Positions 17,170-24,451 of a stretch of 24,451 bases of DNA are shown here, in pieces. The stretch covers positions 1 through 24,451 of IMG/VR virus record IMGVR_UViG_3300028844_000215; one strand, 5' to 3'. The DNA is from a virus (lineage: Duplodnaviria; Caudoviricetes). The first letter of the stretch is position 1; the number at the start of each line of letters is the position of its first letter. A program made the translations under genes and the position numbers. The notes under the pieces were generated by a model. The model searched no databases, was not told the DNA's origin, and was given only the letters and a program-made list of their open reading frames with translations.

Positions 17170-18078
17170 TTAAGCTCCTGGAGAACCGAAGATACCTCTA
17201 GGGTCAGATACGCCAAATACGTATCTTTCTCTAGCTTTGTATCTAACATTACCAGTATCGAAATCACCTTCCATTTTAGTAGTCAATGGAGATCTTTCGA
17301 AATGTTTCATACCATTTGGCACATCTGTAGTAATGAAAAACGCGTCAGTGTCTGTTAAGAAATTATTAACAGAGTATCCTTGAGGAATCATCCCCATAGA
17401 TCTGATTGCGTTGATATCATTATCAGCAGTTCCAACTCTACCAGCAGAAGCCATAAGTCTTTCCGCTGTGAATTGTAGTGCAGATGGGATGATCATCTTA
17501 ACAGCTTTTGCAGCGATCTTTAAACCTCTTTCATCAGTAAGAGCAGCAATGTCAATCATTGATTGCTCTAGTGAAGTTTCGTTTAAGTCCGCAGCAGTTG
17601 TCAACGTATTCTGGAAAGTTCCAGCAATAGTTGGGTGAGCTGTGTTGAAAAGAGTTACACCATCACCAGAAGTGAAAGTACCGCCAGGCATTCCATTATT
17701 TAGTGGGTTAACTGCTTTAACTTGTTTAGTTTGAGCCATAGATCTTGCTAAAGCTTTTGTGTATCTAGAAGCAAGTCTGTCATACAGGTTGTCTTCAATA
17801 GCTTCCTCAGTGATAGCAAACGCTAACGCAATTGTTTCGTTAGTGTATCTAGCTGTGAAAGTTTCTTGAGCTTGATCGTATCTTACACCAGAACCTTCCG
17901 GTTTAACTGATGCTTGAGCGAATCCTGATAACATAACTTCTTCTTCAAAAGCTCTGTCAGATGACTCAGTAGTATAAATTTCAGCTGACTGATTTTCATA
18001 CTGTTTATATTCCAGGCCGAATAAAGCATTCAAACCTGGCTCTAGTTCTTTAACTAGTTGATTACGTGATATAGCCAT
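17170..18078 (-). CDS. Major capsid protein (HK97 fold, Mu gpT-like family)
   Basis: 302 aa. MAISRNQLVKELEPGLNALFGLEY...SDRAFEEEV...ITEEAIEDNLY...DFDTGNVRYKARERY.FG.SDPRGIFGSPGA. GGAGG RBS and a downstream terminator. Confidence 0.9.
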   Translation of the reverse strand: MAISRNQLVKELEPGLNALFGLEYKQYENQSAEIYTTESSDRAFEEEVMLSGFAQASVKPEGSGVRYDQAQETFTARYTNETIALAFAITEEAIEDNLYDRLASRYTKALARSMAQTKQVKAVNPLNNGMPGGTFTSGDGVTLFNTAHPTIAGTFQNTLTTAADLNETSLEQSMIDIAALTDERGLKIAAKAVKMIIPSALQFTAERLMASAGRVGTADNDINAIRSMGMIPQGYSVNNFLTDTDAFFITTDVPNGMKHFERSPLTTKMEGDFDTGNVRYKARERYVFGVSDPRGIFGSPGA

Positions 18079-18090
18079 AGTTATTCCTCC

Positions 18091-18663
18091 TTATATCCCT
18101 GCTACGTTGTTCCCTAAGATATGTTCACAAATCATAACTCTAAGAGCAAAGCCCTCAGCAGTTGTATCAGAATGATCAGGATCTCTAGAAACACCGATTA
18201 TTTTTAATTGTGCGATACCTGCATCTGTTGTAGCCGAAATTTTTGATTTCGAAATAAACAGAGGAGATACCCCAACATCGTTAACTTGGTCTGCACACTC
18301 GCCTACTTCGTTCTGATTGAAAGCTGTATCAGCAGACATAACCTCATACATTTGTTGAGGATTGTCTGTAACATAAGCTACGATATCAGTCGCAGTATTA
18401 GACGCTGGTGAGAAGTTACTAAACGTTGGTTTGTTTGAAGTTGCATCAGTATAGAATACTCCATTCAGTGTACCGAGGTTATTCGCCCCTCCGTCTCCTG
18501 AAGCAAGTACAACTCCGTCTGCAGTTAATTGCACTAAACATGCGTGCGAAATTAAAGCAGAAGAAGCCGCAACACTGTACTCTGACATAGCAGCGTTGTT
18601 ATATGCCTGACCAACCATTTTAATGGGTCTGAATCCAAACCCAGTTGTTGACGCATTAGCCAT
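18091..18663 (-). CDS. Putative capsid cement/decoration protein
   Basis: 190 aa immediately upstream of the MCP. MAN...FGFRP...G...GVFYTD...KPTFSN...V.D.P pattern. AAGGAG RBS. Confidence 0.55.
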   Translation of the reverse strand: MANASTTGFGFRPIKMVGQAYNNAAMSEYSVAASSALISHACLVQLTADGVVLASGDGGANNLGTLNGVFYTDATSNKPTFSNFSPASNTATDIVAYVTDNPQQMYEVMSADTAFNQNEVGECADQVNDVGVSPLFISKSKISATTDAGIAQLKIIGVSRDPDHSDTTAEGFALRVMICEHILGNNVAGI

Positions 18664-18679
18664 ATTGTTTTCTCCTTAT

Positions 18680-18708
18680 GTGACCTACCCTTGCGGGCCT
18701 CCAGTCAC
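18680..18708 (-). promoter_or_regulatory. GNRA-capped leader hairpin adjacent to RBS
   Basis: - strand GUGACU-GGAG-GCCC-GCAA-GGGU-A-GGUCAC ends 2 nt before AAGGAG. Confidence 0.5.
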
Positions 18709-18748
18709 GGTTTAATGTTCAATCGCTGGTTTGATTCGTTAAAAATTT

Positions 18749-19243
18749 TTAACTTTTCTTGCCACCGAAGGTTGTACGAGTTTGCATATCGATATCGATA
18801 GGCATTCCCCTATGCTGTTCCTTCATAAGATCGTTGTCGATTGCGGTCTGTTGATCTTGAGCTTGTTTCTCAAAATACTCTTGTCTTGACCTTGCGATCT
18901 CTTCCGGTACCCTAGTCAGCACTAGGCCTCCGTGCCCGATAACCCCTGCGTATTTGCCGTCGGCGATTGCTGGAAAGTCCTCTTGAGGATATTCGTCTGC
19001 TCTTACTAACTCATACCCGGACCTTAAGCGTCCTTGTATGTTTTTCGTATCAACAAATCCTAAGACTTCTATTCTGACCCATCTGTGTCTGAATCCGTCT
19101 GGCGCGTTGGGCGTATCTAAGTACGATGGTGGAGTCCAAACTTTTGGTCTCTCTTTTGGAGCTACCGTTTTTGATTGTGTTTCAACTTTTGTCGAATCAC
19201 TTTTTCTTGTTTGGCTCGCACGAGTTGGTGTTTTATTTTCCAT
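18749..19243 (-). CDS. Conserved head-region hypothetical protein
   Basis: 164 aa. WTPPSYLD.P..PDGFRHRWVR...GYELVR...G.I..GGLVL..VPEE. Sits between scaffold and capsid genes; GGAGG RBS. Confidence 0.65.
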   Translation of the reverse strand: MENKTPTRASQTRKSDSTKVETQSKTVAPKERPKVWTPPSYLDTPNAPDGFRHRWVRIEVLGFVDTKNIQGRLRSGYELVRADEYPQEDFPAIADGKYAGVIGHGGLVLTRVPEEIARSRQEYFEKQAQDQQTAIDNDLMKEQHRGMPIDIDMQTRTTFGGKKS

Positions 19244-19247
19244 ATGC

Positions 19248-20306
19248 CTATACCTCCTTCGTGTTTATAAGTTGTTTCGCATACTCTTCTAGTGGCACAC
19301 CTAATTTTCTCGCTATTGCGACTTGAGAAGATGTGAGTCTCACTTGTTTGCGACCAGTCTTTGTACTACGCGTTGCAGAGGCAACGTTTTGTGTAGGTTT
19401 ACTAGTCTGTTTTTCTTCTACTGGTCTATCAAATTTTTGGGGAAATTCAAGTCTTATTCTTCTGTCAACTTCCTCATAATATTCGTCAGACTGAGGATCC
19501 ATACCTTCTTCTTCGGTAAGTTTCCTATGTAGATCGAAAGCTGTGTAGGTCATGGCATTATCTTTACCAAACCATTCATTTTTTTCAGCCCATGCTTCTG
19601 CTTTAGGGTCTCTAGCAGGAGGTGCGGCCTGTTGTACTGATTGTTGTCTAGATTGTGTAGGTTGTTCTTTTGCTGCAGTTTCCTGTACTTGATGTTGAGT
19701 TTTTAATTCAGCTAACTTACCTTGTTCATAACCTAATTGAGATATTTGGGTTAAAGCTTCTACTTCTGCTTTAGAATCTTCATTTTGTCTTGCTGCTGCA
19801 AGTTTAGCTTGCGCTGCTGCAATAGACGACGAAATTCTCCCTTCCATTTCATTAACATAGTTTTTATCTAAAGATGTTGCTTGAGTTTGAAATTGATCTC
19901 TTTCTTGTTTTACACTTTGAGCATAACGTAAAGCTTCTTCTTTTTGTCTTTCAGCTTCACGCATTTTCTTTGTGAGTTTAGCTATTCTTTTCTTAACTCC
20001 TTCAGAATATTCTTCAACTGCTTGACTGTTGTCTTGTTGTTTATCACTTTTTTTCTCGTCAGAGCTCTTCTCAACAGTTCCTCCCTCGGCACTGACTTCC
20101 CTGCTATCAGACTGCTCGTTAGGTTTCTCAATTGTGTCATCGGGCTCATTATCGAACGTAACACTTGCTTCATCTTTTTTTACCTCTTTTTCATAAGTCT
20201 TATCTGCTTCTTTTTCTACTTCTGGTAACTCTACTTTTGCACCCGGTCCGGATGTATCTAAATCAACCATTTGCTCATTAGATAATTTTTCTTCTTTGTC
20301 TGGCAT
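19248..20306 (-). CDS. Capsid scaffolding protein (putative)
   Basis: 352 aa: acidic disordered N-terminus, long coiled-coil (YSEGVKKRIAKLTKKMREAER), and C-terminal helix-turn-helix LTSSQVAIARKLGVPLEEYAK. Upstream of the MCP. Confidence 0.7.
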   Translation of the reverse strand: MPDKEEKLSNEQMVDLDTSGPGAKVELPEVEKEADKTYEKEVKKDEASVTFDNEPDDTIEKPNEQSDSREVSAEGGTVEKSSDEKKSDKQQDNSQAVEEYSEGVKKRIAKLTKKMREAERQKEEALRYAQSVKQERDQFQTQATSLDKNYVNEMEGRISSSIAAAQAKLAAARQNEDSKAEVEALTQISQLGYEQGKLAELKTQHQVQETAAKEQPTQSRQQSVQQAAPPARDPKAEAWAEKNEWFGKDNAMTYTAFDLHRKLTEEEGMDPQSDEYYEEVDRRIRLEFPQKFDRPVEEKQTSKPTQNVASATRSTKTGRKQVRLTSSQVAIARKLGVPLEEYAKQLINTKEV

Positions 20307-20324
20307 AGTTTTTCTCCTCTATGA

Positions 20325-20765
20325 TTAAAATTCGTGGAAGATATCTTCGGGGTTTTCCACGGTCGCTAAAACTTCATCATCATTGAGAAGTCTTATCTCA
20401 CCCCCATCTATTTTGATACGTGATCCGGCATATCTTGCGAATATAATCCAATCACCTTTCTTGCACCATGGACCTTCTGGATATCTCTCTTTGTCGTAAC
20501 AATGAGGACCCATGTCCAATACTAAACCACAAGTAGATGCAACTTGTGATCGTTCGATAGTGTCTTCTGCTAATATGATTCCACCTTTAGTTTTTTCTTT
20601 TTGTTTAAAAGGTAAAACTAAAACTCTCCAACCTGTTGGAGAAGGTAATTTTGATGATTCGTCAATTTCTTTTTTCTTAGTAGGTTCAACGCCTACTAGT
20701 TTTTTATTTGGTAACTCAATTTTCGGTTTTTGAGTTGATGTTGATAATGGTTCCGTCTTTGTCAT
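20325..20765 (-). CDS. groES: Phage co-chaperonin GroES (Cpn10)
   Basis: P.GWRVLV...KTKGGIIL (mobile loop)...G.V...G...KKGDWIIF.RYAG..IKIDG.E.RLLNDDEVLA. GGAG RBS. Confidence 0.9.
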   Translation of the reverse strand: MTKTEPLSTSTQKPKIELPNKKLVGVEPTKKKEIDESSKLPSPTGWRVLVLPFKQKEKTKGGIILAEDTIERSQVASTCGLVLDMGPHCYDKERYPEGPWCKKGDWIIFARYAGSRIKIDGGEIRLLNDDEVLATVENPEDIFHEF

Positions 20766-20952
20766 TTTGCTCCTTTTTATTTAGCAGGGTGGATATTTCC
20801 TGATTTAAATACTGATACGTTCGTATCTGACCTAACATATACTGATATTTCTCCATATTGTCAACACCACCTGATGCCATTGAAGATACAATATCGTCAT
20901 GTCTCATTTTTATTATTTTTCTTATCTTATCTATAAAAGTTAGTTCATCCAT
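20716..20952 (-). CDS. Small helical hypothetical protein
   Basis: 78 aa, GVDNMEKYQYMLGQI motif. TAATG-coupled and overlaps groES by 50 nt. Confidence 0.7.
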   Translation of the reverse strand: MDELTFIDKIRKIIKMRHDDIVSSMASGGVDNMEKYQYMLGQIRTYQYLNQEISTLLNKKEQNDKDGTIININSKTEN

Positions 20953-21071
20953 TATTTCTTTTTCCTTTTCTTTGGTTTTATTTTGCCACCATATTTTTTA
21001 GTCCATTTTTTTGCAATGGCAGGCTTTTTTGCAAATAAATATTTACGTTGTTTTTCAGATTTAAAGGGCAC
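20952..21071 (-). CDS. Very basic 39-aa protein (not in ORF track)
   Basis: GTG start after GAGGAG. Hand translation: MPFKSEKQRKYLFAKKPAIAKKWTKKYGGKIKPKKRKKK. Stop overlaps the next ATG. Confidence 0.75.
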   Translation of the reverse strand: MPFKSEKQRKYLFAKKPAIAKKWTKKYGGKIKPKKRKKK

Positions 21072-21276
21072 TTCTGTCTCCTCTATAATCTTTAATTGCT
21101 TCTAACTTTTCTTGAGCATCAGCAATTTTTTGAAACAACTTATCGATTTCATCTATGTGTTGTGGGTGTTCTCCGATGCCTACAGAATTTTCTAAATATA
21201 TTTTTATTGTAGCATCTGCTTCTGAAATTTGTGCTGCGTATCTATCTTCTAAAGCGTCTAGTATTGCATTTTTCAT
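21061..21276 (-). CDS. Small helical-hairpin hypothetical protein
   Basis: 71 aa, acidic, with a YLENSVGIGEHP motif between two helices. Confidence 0.75.
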   Translation of the reverse strand: MKNAILDALEDRYAAQISEADATIKIYLENSVGIGEHPQHIDEIDKLFQKIADAQEKLEAIKDYRGDRSAL

Positions 21277-21558
21277 TTAACATTTCCATCTTCTACGTGC
21301 CTGTCTCAGTCTTGAGTTAGGATCTTTTGCAGCTTTAGGAAATTGTTTCATTTGTCCTGCACTTCTTGCGCAGTATGATTTTCGCCTTTTAGCGGCAGCG
21401 GACCCTTTTTTAACTTTACCAGTCACAGCTGTTTTTAGTTTTGAACCGGGATTTTTTCTTTTATAGGCAGCGACACCGGCTCGTGTCATACCTGCGCCCT
21501 TTTCTGTAGGACGAAAATTTTTTTTATTTCTTGCTGGCATGTTATCTTGCTTCCGCAT
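21277..21558 (-). CDS. Basic hypothetical protein (DUF6321-like)
   Basis: 93 aa. NPGSKLKTAVT...RRKSYCARS.G...DPNSRLRQARRRWKC. Family name recalled, not searched. Confidence 0.65.
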   Translation of the reverse strand: MRKQDNMPARNKKNFRPTEKGAGMTRAGVAAYKRKNPGSKLKTAVTGKVKKGSAAAKRRKSYCARSAGQMKQFPKAAKDPNSRLRQARRRWKC

Positions 21559-21833
21559 TATACCCTGCCTCCCATACTCATTTTTTTTCTTTTAGTAAAT
21601 GTTGAAACGTTAGTTGGCTTACCGCCTGGATTACCGGCTGCTCTTTTTCGTTTGACAGCAGAGGCCTTTTCGCCTTTTGTCATCCGAGTGGCTTTTGCAA
21701 GTGGAACGCACTTGGGGTACTTGCGTTTCGATCCGCTCGCAGATTTCCTTCCACAAGGTTGATATTTTCCATCTTTCTTTGGAGCGCCAATGTCTACCCA
21801 TTTTTGATTGACCCATTTTTTTAAATCACCCAT
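21558..21833 (-). CDS. Basic hypothetical protein
   Basis: 91 aa. LKKWVNQKWVDIG...CGR...YPKCVP, ending in MSMGGRV. Confidence 0.7.
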   Translation of the reverse strand: MGDLKKWVNQKWVDIGAPKKDGKYQPCGRKSASGSKRKYPKCVPLAKATRMTKGEKASAVKRKRAAGNPGGKPTNVSTFTKRKKMSMGGRV

Positions 21834-22033
21834 TAGACTTCTATAATTGTAGACATGTCCTCGATAACCATGCCACCTACACGCATTGGTTTTCTAATTT
21901 TACCACCGTTTGCAGCAGATGCTCTTACTTTGCCCTTGCATACTTTTGAAGCATACATATTGGCATAGGCCGATGGATACACTTTAAATTTACGCTTCGC
22001 TGCGGCTTTACCTTTTGGACAAAGCTTTGCCAT
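21833..22033 (-). CDS. Basic hypothetical protein
   Basis: 66 aa. LCPKGKAAAKRKFKVYPSAYAN.Y...C followed by AANGGKI. Confidence 0.7.
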   Translation of the reverse strand: MAKLCPKGKAAAKRKFKVYPSAYANMYASKVCKGKVRASAANGGKIRKPMRVGGMVIEDMSTIIEV

Positions 22034-22173
22034 TATTTTTTCTTCCTTGCTCTACCACCTTTTTTAGCAACCATTCTTTTTGGATTGTATCCAAATTTCT
22101 TTGCTAACTCAGGTTTCTTTTTAGCTAGTTTAGCTAGACCAGGATTTTTACTTTTACTTATCGCTTTCGCCAT
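22033..22173 (-). CDS. Very basic 46-aa protein (not in ORF track)
   Basis: AAGGAG RBS. Hand translation: MAKAISKSKNPGLAKLAKKKPELAKKFGYNPKRMVAKKGGRARKKK. Stop overlaps the next ATG. Confidence 0.8.
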   Translation of the reverse strand: MAKAISKSKNPGLAKLAKKKPELAKKFGYNPKRMVAKKGGRARKKK

Positions 22174-22182
22174 AACTCTCCT

Positions 22183-22512
22183 TTATTTATTGATCTTGCC
22201 TTTTTTCTTCATTGCAGAACCAAACTTACCATAAGACTCATCTCTAGAAGCTTTTAATTGCTTTTTAGTTCTTTTCTTTTTGATTCTCATAGCGATTGAT
22301 TCATCTTTTCTATCTTTGTAACCTTGTTTCTTTTTTTTAACTCGGCCACCTTTTTTCATCATAGCACCACCTTCCATGCCCATGTCTGATGGATAATAAC
22401 CAGATCTCATATCTCTTCTCATCATTCCACCACCCATAGCTTTTGTTCTTCCGCCAGAAGCTAGTTTTTTTCTTGGGTTAGTTGTTTGTGTATTATAGTT
22501 TGGATTTGCCAT
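22183..22512 (-). CDS. Basic Met/Gly/Lys-rich hypothetical protein
   Basis: 109 aa with LASGGR, AMGGGM and MKKGGRV motifs. GGGAGA RBS. Confidence 0.75.
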   Translation of the reverse strand: MANPNYNTQTTNPRKKLASGGRTKAMGGGMMRRDMRSGYYPSDMGMEGGAMMKKGGRVKKKKQGYKDRKDESIAMRIKKKRTKKQLKASRDESYGKFGSAMKKKGKINK

Positions 22513-22513
22513 A

Positions 22514-23174
22514 TTATTTTCTCCCTTTTTTTAATGCTCTTCCGAAGCCACGTTTTGCAGCTCCGCAACCTACACGGCCACCTTTTTTCATTTTTGCACG
22601 TCCCACCTTTTTTCATTTTTGCACGTCCGCCATCTTTAGCTGCAAAATCATTTTGACCTATTCCAGACATCATACTATAATCTGGTACAAAGTTATTTCG
22701 TTCAGCTATCTTAGCTGCTCGTTCAGCTTTCTTAGCTGCTGAGTAAGCTGCTTTATTTGGATATGTAGTGCCACCACTTTGAATGCTACCATCACTTAAA
22801 ACATTAATAGATTTTTGATTTAAACCACTGATTTTTTTACCACCTTGATAAATTCCAGCACCGTCGCCTAAGTTTTTATTTGTATTTCGAAACTTAGTGT
22901 TAGTGTTTCCAACACCAGTGTTGACTCCTTTTTTATAAACTTGACCTATTGAGTCTACTTTTAATCTTGGAATTGGATTAACGTCAGGTTTAGGTTTAGG
23001 TACAGTAACAATTTTTTCTTTAAACTCCATCATATCAGAACCTTTGTCATCTTCTGCTGATCTAATTCCAGCATCAATAGCCGCGTTTCTTTTATTTCTT
23101 GCAGCTAATCCTAATCCACCTAATAGAAGTGCTCCTAAAATTTTTTTATTTCGTCTTCTAGATTTTTTGCTCAT
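22514..23174 (-). CDS. Basic hypothetical protein, frameshifted near the C-terminus by a 25-bp duplication
   Basis: Removing one repeat copy gives ...AKDGGRAKMKKGGRVGCGAAKRGFGRALKKGRK-stop at 22514-22516, 1 nt before the next ATG. As written, the ORF runs on to 22461 and overlaps the next gene. Confidence 0.65.
22578..22627. repeat. Exact 25-bp tandem duplication
   Basis: ccaccttttttcatttttgcacgtc occurs at 22578-22602 and again at 22603-22627. Confidence 0.95.
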
Positions 23175-23560
23175 TATTTTTTACCACCGTTTTTAAATAT
23201 TTGTGTTCCCTTTATACCATAAATACTCGCCACGACAAGGATCCAGAGATTTGTGAACCATGACGGGAGCGACTGGAAATGCTCGAAGAAGACTTTAATC
23301 TTGTCCATCGCCTGTACGTCGTCTGAAAAGACTCCATATGCAAGCACCAAAATGGGCAGTGTCAATATTATGAGAACTGCCTCGTCCTTATAATCCGATT
23401 GACGTGCTTCTAGCAATTTACCCTGGTAAGCTTCCTCACCTCGAGCTTGACGCTCTGCATGTAACAGTTGTGCGTCGGACATTGCTACTTTCGCCTTCTG
23501 CTTGTTAGCATAAATTTTACTTCCAGCAGAAACGGCTAATTTAATTGCCGAGAACCACAT
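23174..23560 (-). CDS. Holin-like membrane protein
   Basis: 128 aa. N-terminal amphipathic helix, two hydrophobic segments (AVLIILTLPILVLAYGVF; WFTNLWILVVASIYGI) and a basic C-terminus. Confidence 0.55.
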   Translation of the reverse strand: MWFSAIKLAVSAGSKIYANKQKAKVAMSDAQLLHAERQARGEEAYQGKLLEARQSDYKDEAVLIILTLPILVLAYGVFSDDVQAMDKIKVFFEHFQSLPSWFTNLWILVVASIYGIKGTQIFKNGGKK

Positions 23561-23561
23561 G

Positions 23562-23741
23562 TTAGTACCAAGTAGCCTTTACAGGTTTTTTGTCAGCTCT
23601 AAGTCTTTTAGTGCCTCTTACATCCACAACTTGTGATTCAAAAGGTTTAGTTGCTTCAATAACGATTCCGCCTTGTTGCATACCATCTTTATCAGCACCC
23701 AGCTCTGGAGTAACATTTGGGTTTTTATTTTTTTTAGTCAT
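23562..23741 (-). CDS. Small hypothetical protein (59 aa, not in ORF track)
   Basis: AAGGAG RBS. Hand translation: MTKKNKNPNVTPELGADKDGMQQGGIVIEATKPFESQVVDVKGTKRLRADKKPVKATWY. Confidence 0.75.
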   Translation of the reverse strand: MTKKNKNPNVTPELGADKDGMQQGGIVIEATKPFESQVVDVRGTKRLRADKKPVKATWY

Positions 23742-23755
23742 AGTTTCTCCTTATA

Positions 23756-24451
23756 CTATCTTTTAGGACCTTTCAAGATCCTAACATCTGTTTGTTTAAT
23801 CATGTCATTGACCATTTTTGAGTCAATTCCCATTTGTGTTTTTGTTAGCGATGTATCGGCTCTTAGTTCTGCCAATTCTTCGTTCTGTTGTAACTTCTCA
23901 TCAAACTGCTGTTGACCCATTAATTGCTTAGATCTATCTAAATTAATCTTTTCTTGTGCTTGATCACGTTTTGCAGCGTCATCCATAGCTCTTAAATCAA
24001 GTTCTCTTGCTTTTAATGCTGCAACAGGGTCTCCGTTAAAGCCACCCATGATTTTATTTTCTTCATTTTTAAATTCTTCAGTCATTTCTGCAATTAATTT
24101 AGCTTTTCTAGACTCTAAACTCATAGACATTTGCATAATTTGTTGTTGATACTGCGGATCTTGCTGTAACATTGGGTTTTGTTGCGCCATTTGTTGCATT
24201 TGCATCAATTGTTGTATCTCATCTCTAAATTCTACCTCTAATTGCTCTTGTGCCATCAAAGAAATGTGCTCAAAAATGTTTTTTTCAAGTGCAGCCATCA
24301 CAACTGGACTATTTCTAGCAATATTTGTTGCCATAAAGTTTAAATGAGTCGTAATATGCGCTTGATGGTCCTGTCCTTTGAAAGCTTGGAATGGTTTGTT
24401 GCTCATTGCAAGAATATTTTCAGTTGCAGGGTCCATTGGTTGTGGTTGTTG
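23756..24451 (-). CDS. Portal protein, C-terminal part (5' end outside window)
   Basis: The frame is open to the window edge (QQPQPMDPA...). AF.GQDH.AHI..H motif and a long Gln-rich helical tail, like P22-type portal barrels. Position upstream of scaffold and MCP fits. Confidence 0.65.
   Translation of the reverse strand, partial: QQPQPMDPATENILAMSNKPFQAFKGQDHQAHITTHLNFMATNIARNSPVVMAALEKNIFEHISLMAQEQLEVEFRDEIQQLMQMQQMAQQNPMLQQDPQYQQQIMQMSMSLESRKAKLIAEMTEEFKNEENKIMGGFNGDPVAALKARELDLRAMDDAAKRDQAQEKINLDRSKQLMGQQQFDEKLQQNEELAELRADTSLTKTQMGIDSKMVNDMIKQTDVRILKGPKR

Noticed and set aside
397-21816. Nested same-strand ORFs 397-597, 19982-20173 and 21631-21816
   Set aside because: They are out-of-frame shadows inside longer genes with no independent support.
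22461-22601. C-terminal extension TCKNEKRWPCRLRSC... of the 237-aa ORF as a Cys-rich domain
   Set aside because: It arises from the 25-bp duplication frameshift and overlaps the next gene. The other frame gives a more plausible end.
64-23915. All + strand ORFs in the track (e.g. 64-282, 2219-2410, 16160-16396, 19944-20228, 23673-23915)
   Set aside because: They are short antisense shadows of well-supported - strand genes, with no convincing RBS or motif.
1-24451. tRNA, rRNA, integrase, transposase, intron or alternative genetic code
   Set aside because: Intergenic gaps are short with no cloverleaf seen, no such protein motifs were recognised, and genes tile the window under the standard code.

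Overview
This window is the morphogenesis (late) region of a low-GC marine tailed phage with podovirus-like organisation. From memory, the proteins resemble uncultured pelagiphage/uvMED-type genomes; the host is not verifiable here. All credible genes are on the - strand and many are coupled by TAATG overlaps. In transcription order (right to left): portal C-terminus; a small ORF and a holin-like membrane protein; a cluster of small Lys/Arg-rich proteins; GroES; scaffold; head accessory genes and major capsid protein; a strong sigma70-type promoter with a structured, possibly double-pseudoknotted leader; adaptor/connector genes; tail fibre genes; an AT-rich array of four 2OG-Fe(II) oxygenases; a tail nozzle; and putative ejection/internal proteins. 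Main observations: (1) a short 'x-A/K-x-G-G-R/K-[IVA]' motif shared by many unrelated small basic proteins and repeated in an internal protein that also has a tape-measure-like C-terminal module; (2) a structured RNA leader covering a Shine-Dalgarno; (3) a ~65-aa domain inserted into three structural proteins; (4) an oxygenase array next to Gly- and Pro/Trp-rich fibre genes; (5) an exact 25-bp tandem duplication that frameshifts one gene. Five small ORFs missing from the ORF track were found by hand. No database searches were run, so family names come from motif recognition.
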